From the human T2T-CHM13v2.0 reference genome, Homo sapiens, in the NCBI RefSeq assembly GCF_009914755.1, contig NC_060941.1: a DNA stretch of 64,000 nt; one strand, given 5' to 3'. Below, one piece after another: positions 60,031 to 64,000 of this stretch; the stretch's first letter is position 1; the number at the start of each line of letters is the position of its first letter. The translations under genes were made by a program, and so were the position numbers. The notes beneath the pieces are model-generated. The model was not told where the DNA came from. It did not search any database and was given only the letters and a program-made list of their open reading frames with translations.

Positions 60031-60599
60031 GTTAGTGATAATTATTATCATTTATGTTAACATACCAGTTTTGGGTTTTTATATTATTTATTATTTTATT
60101 TTTATTTCTGAGACGGAGTTTTGCTCTTGTCGCCCTGGCTGGAGTGCAGTGGCACAAACCTGGCTCACTGCAACCTCTGCTTCCTGGGTTCAAGTGATTC
60201 TCCTGCCTCAGCCTCCTGAGTAGCTGGGATTACAGGCACCCACCATGACGCCCTGCTAATTTTTGTATTTTTAGTAGAGATGGGGTTTCACCATGTTGGC
60301 CAGGCTCGTCTTGAACTCTTGATCTCAGGTGATCCATCTACCTCAGCCCCCCAAAATGCTGGGATTACAGGCATGAGCCACTGCGCTTGGCCTATTTTTT
60401 CTTTTTTTTTAGAGTGTTGCTCTGTCACCCAGGCTGGAATGCAGTGGTGCAACTTTGCCTCACTGCAACCTTCGCCTCCCGGGCTCAAGTGATTCCTGTG
60501 TCTCAGCCTCCTGAGTAGCTGGGACCACAGGCTTGCGCCACTGCACCTAGCTTATTTTATTTTTTAATTTTTACTTATTCTCTTGAGACTGGGTTATGA

Positions 60600-60773
<174 letters not shown>

Positions 60774-61004
60774 TAACCAATGACACTTGGAAGTGTTCAC
60801 CACAGACAACATTGCTTACACTTGGCAGGGAGAATTGTTCAGCTGAAGTAAAAGTATCTTGTACAATGCAATGTGCAACATTAATCCCCGCCAGTTTCCA
60901 AAAATGCCAACTCAAAGATAGCTTTAATTATGTTAAAATATTATGTACTTAAGGAATGCCTTAGATAATTTTAGCTTATATAGCTTGTATAAAAGACAGT
61001 CTAA

Positions 61005-61304
<300 letters not shown>

Positions 61305-61557
61305 TGATTCACTCGCCTCAGCCTCCCAAATTGCTGGGATTATAGGCATGAGCCACCATACCTGGCCTATTTATTTATTTTTTAAGAGACACGGTCTCAC
61401 TTTGTTGCCCAGGCTAGAATACAGTTTGTTTGTTTGTTTATTTATTTTTATTTTTTGAGACGGCGTCTTGCTCTGCCGCCCAGGCAGTGGTGTGATCTCG
61501 GCTCACTGCAGCCTCAGCCTTCTAGGTTCCACCGATTCTCCTGCTTCTGCCTCCTAG

Positions 61558-62043
<486 letters not shown>

Positions 62044-62139
62044 TAAAGTTACAAGACTATTGGATACTTGGAAGTGATATTAATATTACTGGTTTTTGTT
62101 GATTAGTAAGCACATGCACTTCTTTAATTCCCAAAGCAG

Positions 62140-62319
62140 AACTGGAGGCTGATGTCAGCCATAAAGAAACCAAAAGGAAACTCGTAGAAGCAGAAAATTC
62201 TAAGTCAAAAAGAAAGAAACCAAATGAGTATTCAAAAAATCTGGAGAAGACCAATAGGAAGTCAGAAGAACTTAGCAAAAGAAACAACTCTTCTGGGATA
62301 AAGCTAGATTCTTCCAAAG
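62140..62319 (+). CDS. ATAD5: ATAD5 exon 10
   Basis: aagcag|AA; ELEADVSHKETKRKLVEAENSKSKRKKP...KLDSSK+G|gtatat; 180 nt. The gene continues past the window end. Confidence 0.9.
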
Positions 62320-63216
62320 GTATATTTTCTAAAACATCCCAAAAGAAATAGATTGCTTTGAGGACATGCAAAGTGGAAACCAAAGCAGTAGAAGATTTTG
62401 ATATGCTTTTTAAAAAATTTTAATTCAATTGTATTTTAATTTTAGATTTTCTTTTTCTTTTTTGAGACACAGTTTCTCTCTTGTCACCCAGGCTGGAGTG
62501 CAATGGCACGATCTTCGCTCACTGCAACGTCCCTCCACCTCCTGGGTTCAGGTGATTCTCCTGCTTCAGCCTCCCGGGTAGCTGGGATTACAGGCACCCA
62601 CCTGCACGCCCAGATAATTTTTTTTTTTTTTTGAGATGGAGTCTTGCACGGTCGCCCGGGCTGGAGCCCACCATCATGCCCAGCTAACTTTTTGTATTTT
62701 TAGTAGAGACGGAATTGGCCAGGCTGGTCTCGAACTCCTGACCGCATTATTCACCCACCTCGGCCTCCCAAAGTGCTGGGATTACAGGTGTGAGCCACCG
62801 TGCCTGGCCACGCCCAGGTAATTTTTATATTTTTAGTAGAGACAGAGTTTTACCATGTTGGCCAGGCTGGTCTCAAACTCCTGACCTCAGGTGATCCACC
62901 CCCCACCCCCCTCCCCGCCCTTGGCCTCCCAAAGTGCAGATTTTGATATTCTAATAGATGATGACAGTCTGCACCAGAAATATTAACATCTTCCATTCCT
63001 GGTAAATTCGAGTTTTTCCTTCTAGTCCTAGAACTCTTTTTGTTTTTTAACTTTTCATTCTTTCTCCTTCTCTCTCTTTTTTTTTTCTTTTGCTCATTGC
63101 AACTTTCAAACAATAAATATGTGTTTGAAATAAATAGAACCTCACGGATTATGGGCTTACAAATGACCATATTAACAGATAGGTGTTCAGTCTTTGATTT
63201 TTCTGTGCTTCCATAA

Positions 63217-63628
<412 letters not shown>

Positions 63629-63695
63629 ATTTTTTTTTTTTTTTTGGTATTTTTAGTAGAGATGGGGTTTCGCCATGTTGGCCAGGCTGGCCTCA

Positions 63696-63998
<303 letters not shown>

Positions 63999-64000
63999 GC

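Noticed and set aside
60820-60895. Imperfect inverted repeat (ttggcagggagaattgtt / aacattaatccccgccag)
   Set aside because: Too many mismatches to distinguish from chance, and no recognisable RNA family.

Overview
This is a human (or very close great-ape) genomic window from the Alu-dense 17q11.2 region. It holds the 5' parts of two divergently transcribed genes. CRLF3 is on the - strand, with coding exon 1 at 26232-26360 and exon 2 at 5610-5817; the rest lies beyond the left edge. ATAD5/ELG1 is on the + strand, with coding exons 1-10 from 34057 to 62319 (1045 codons plus 1 nt, all GT-AG and in phase); its AAA+ core lies beyond the right edge. Each gene has its own CpG-island promoter, about 7 kb apart. 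A disrupted RPS17 processed pseudogene sits just upstream of ATAD5, and a 3'-truncated U6 pseudogene lies in ATAD5 intron 10. By eye about half of the window is Alu, with L1, L2, MIR, MaLR LTR (THE1, MLT1, MST) and DNA-transposon fossils making up much of the rest. Almost every ORF in the supplied track is an Alu read-through artefact. I see no credible new multi-gene system. The best leads are small: a perfect palindrome carrying back-to-back TATA boxes upstream of ATAD5, an in-frame ATAD5 uORF, a THE1 LTR aimed antisense into CRLF3 exon 2 together with a +-strand 18-nt microexon-like element, a PATRR-like AT-rich inverted-repeat block, stop-free ATAD5 exon 2-3 and 2-4 circle geometry, and several unusual retrotransposition scars. 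Gene, repeat-family and variant names come from my recall of known sequences, not from a database search.
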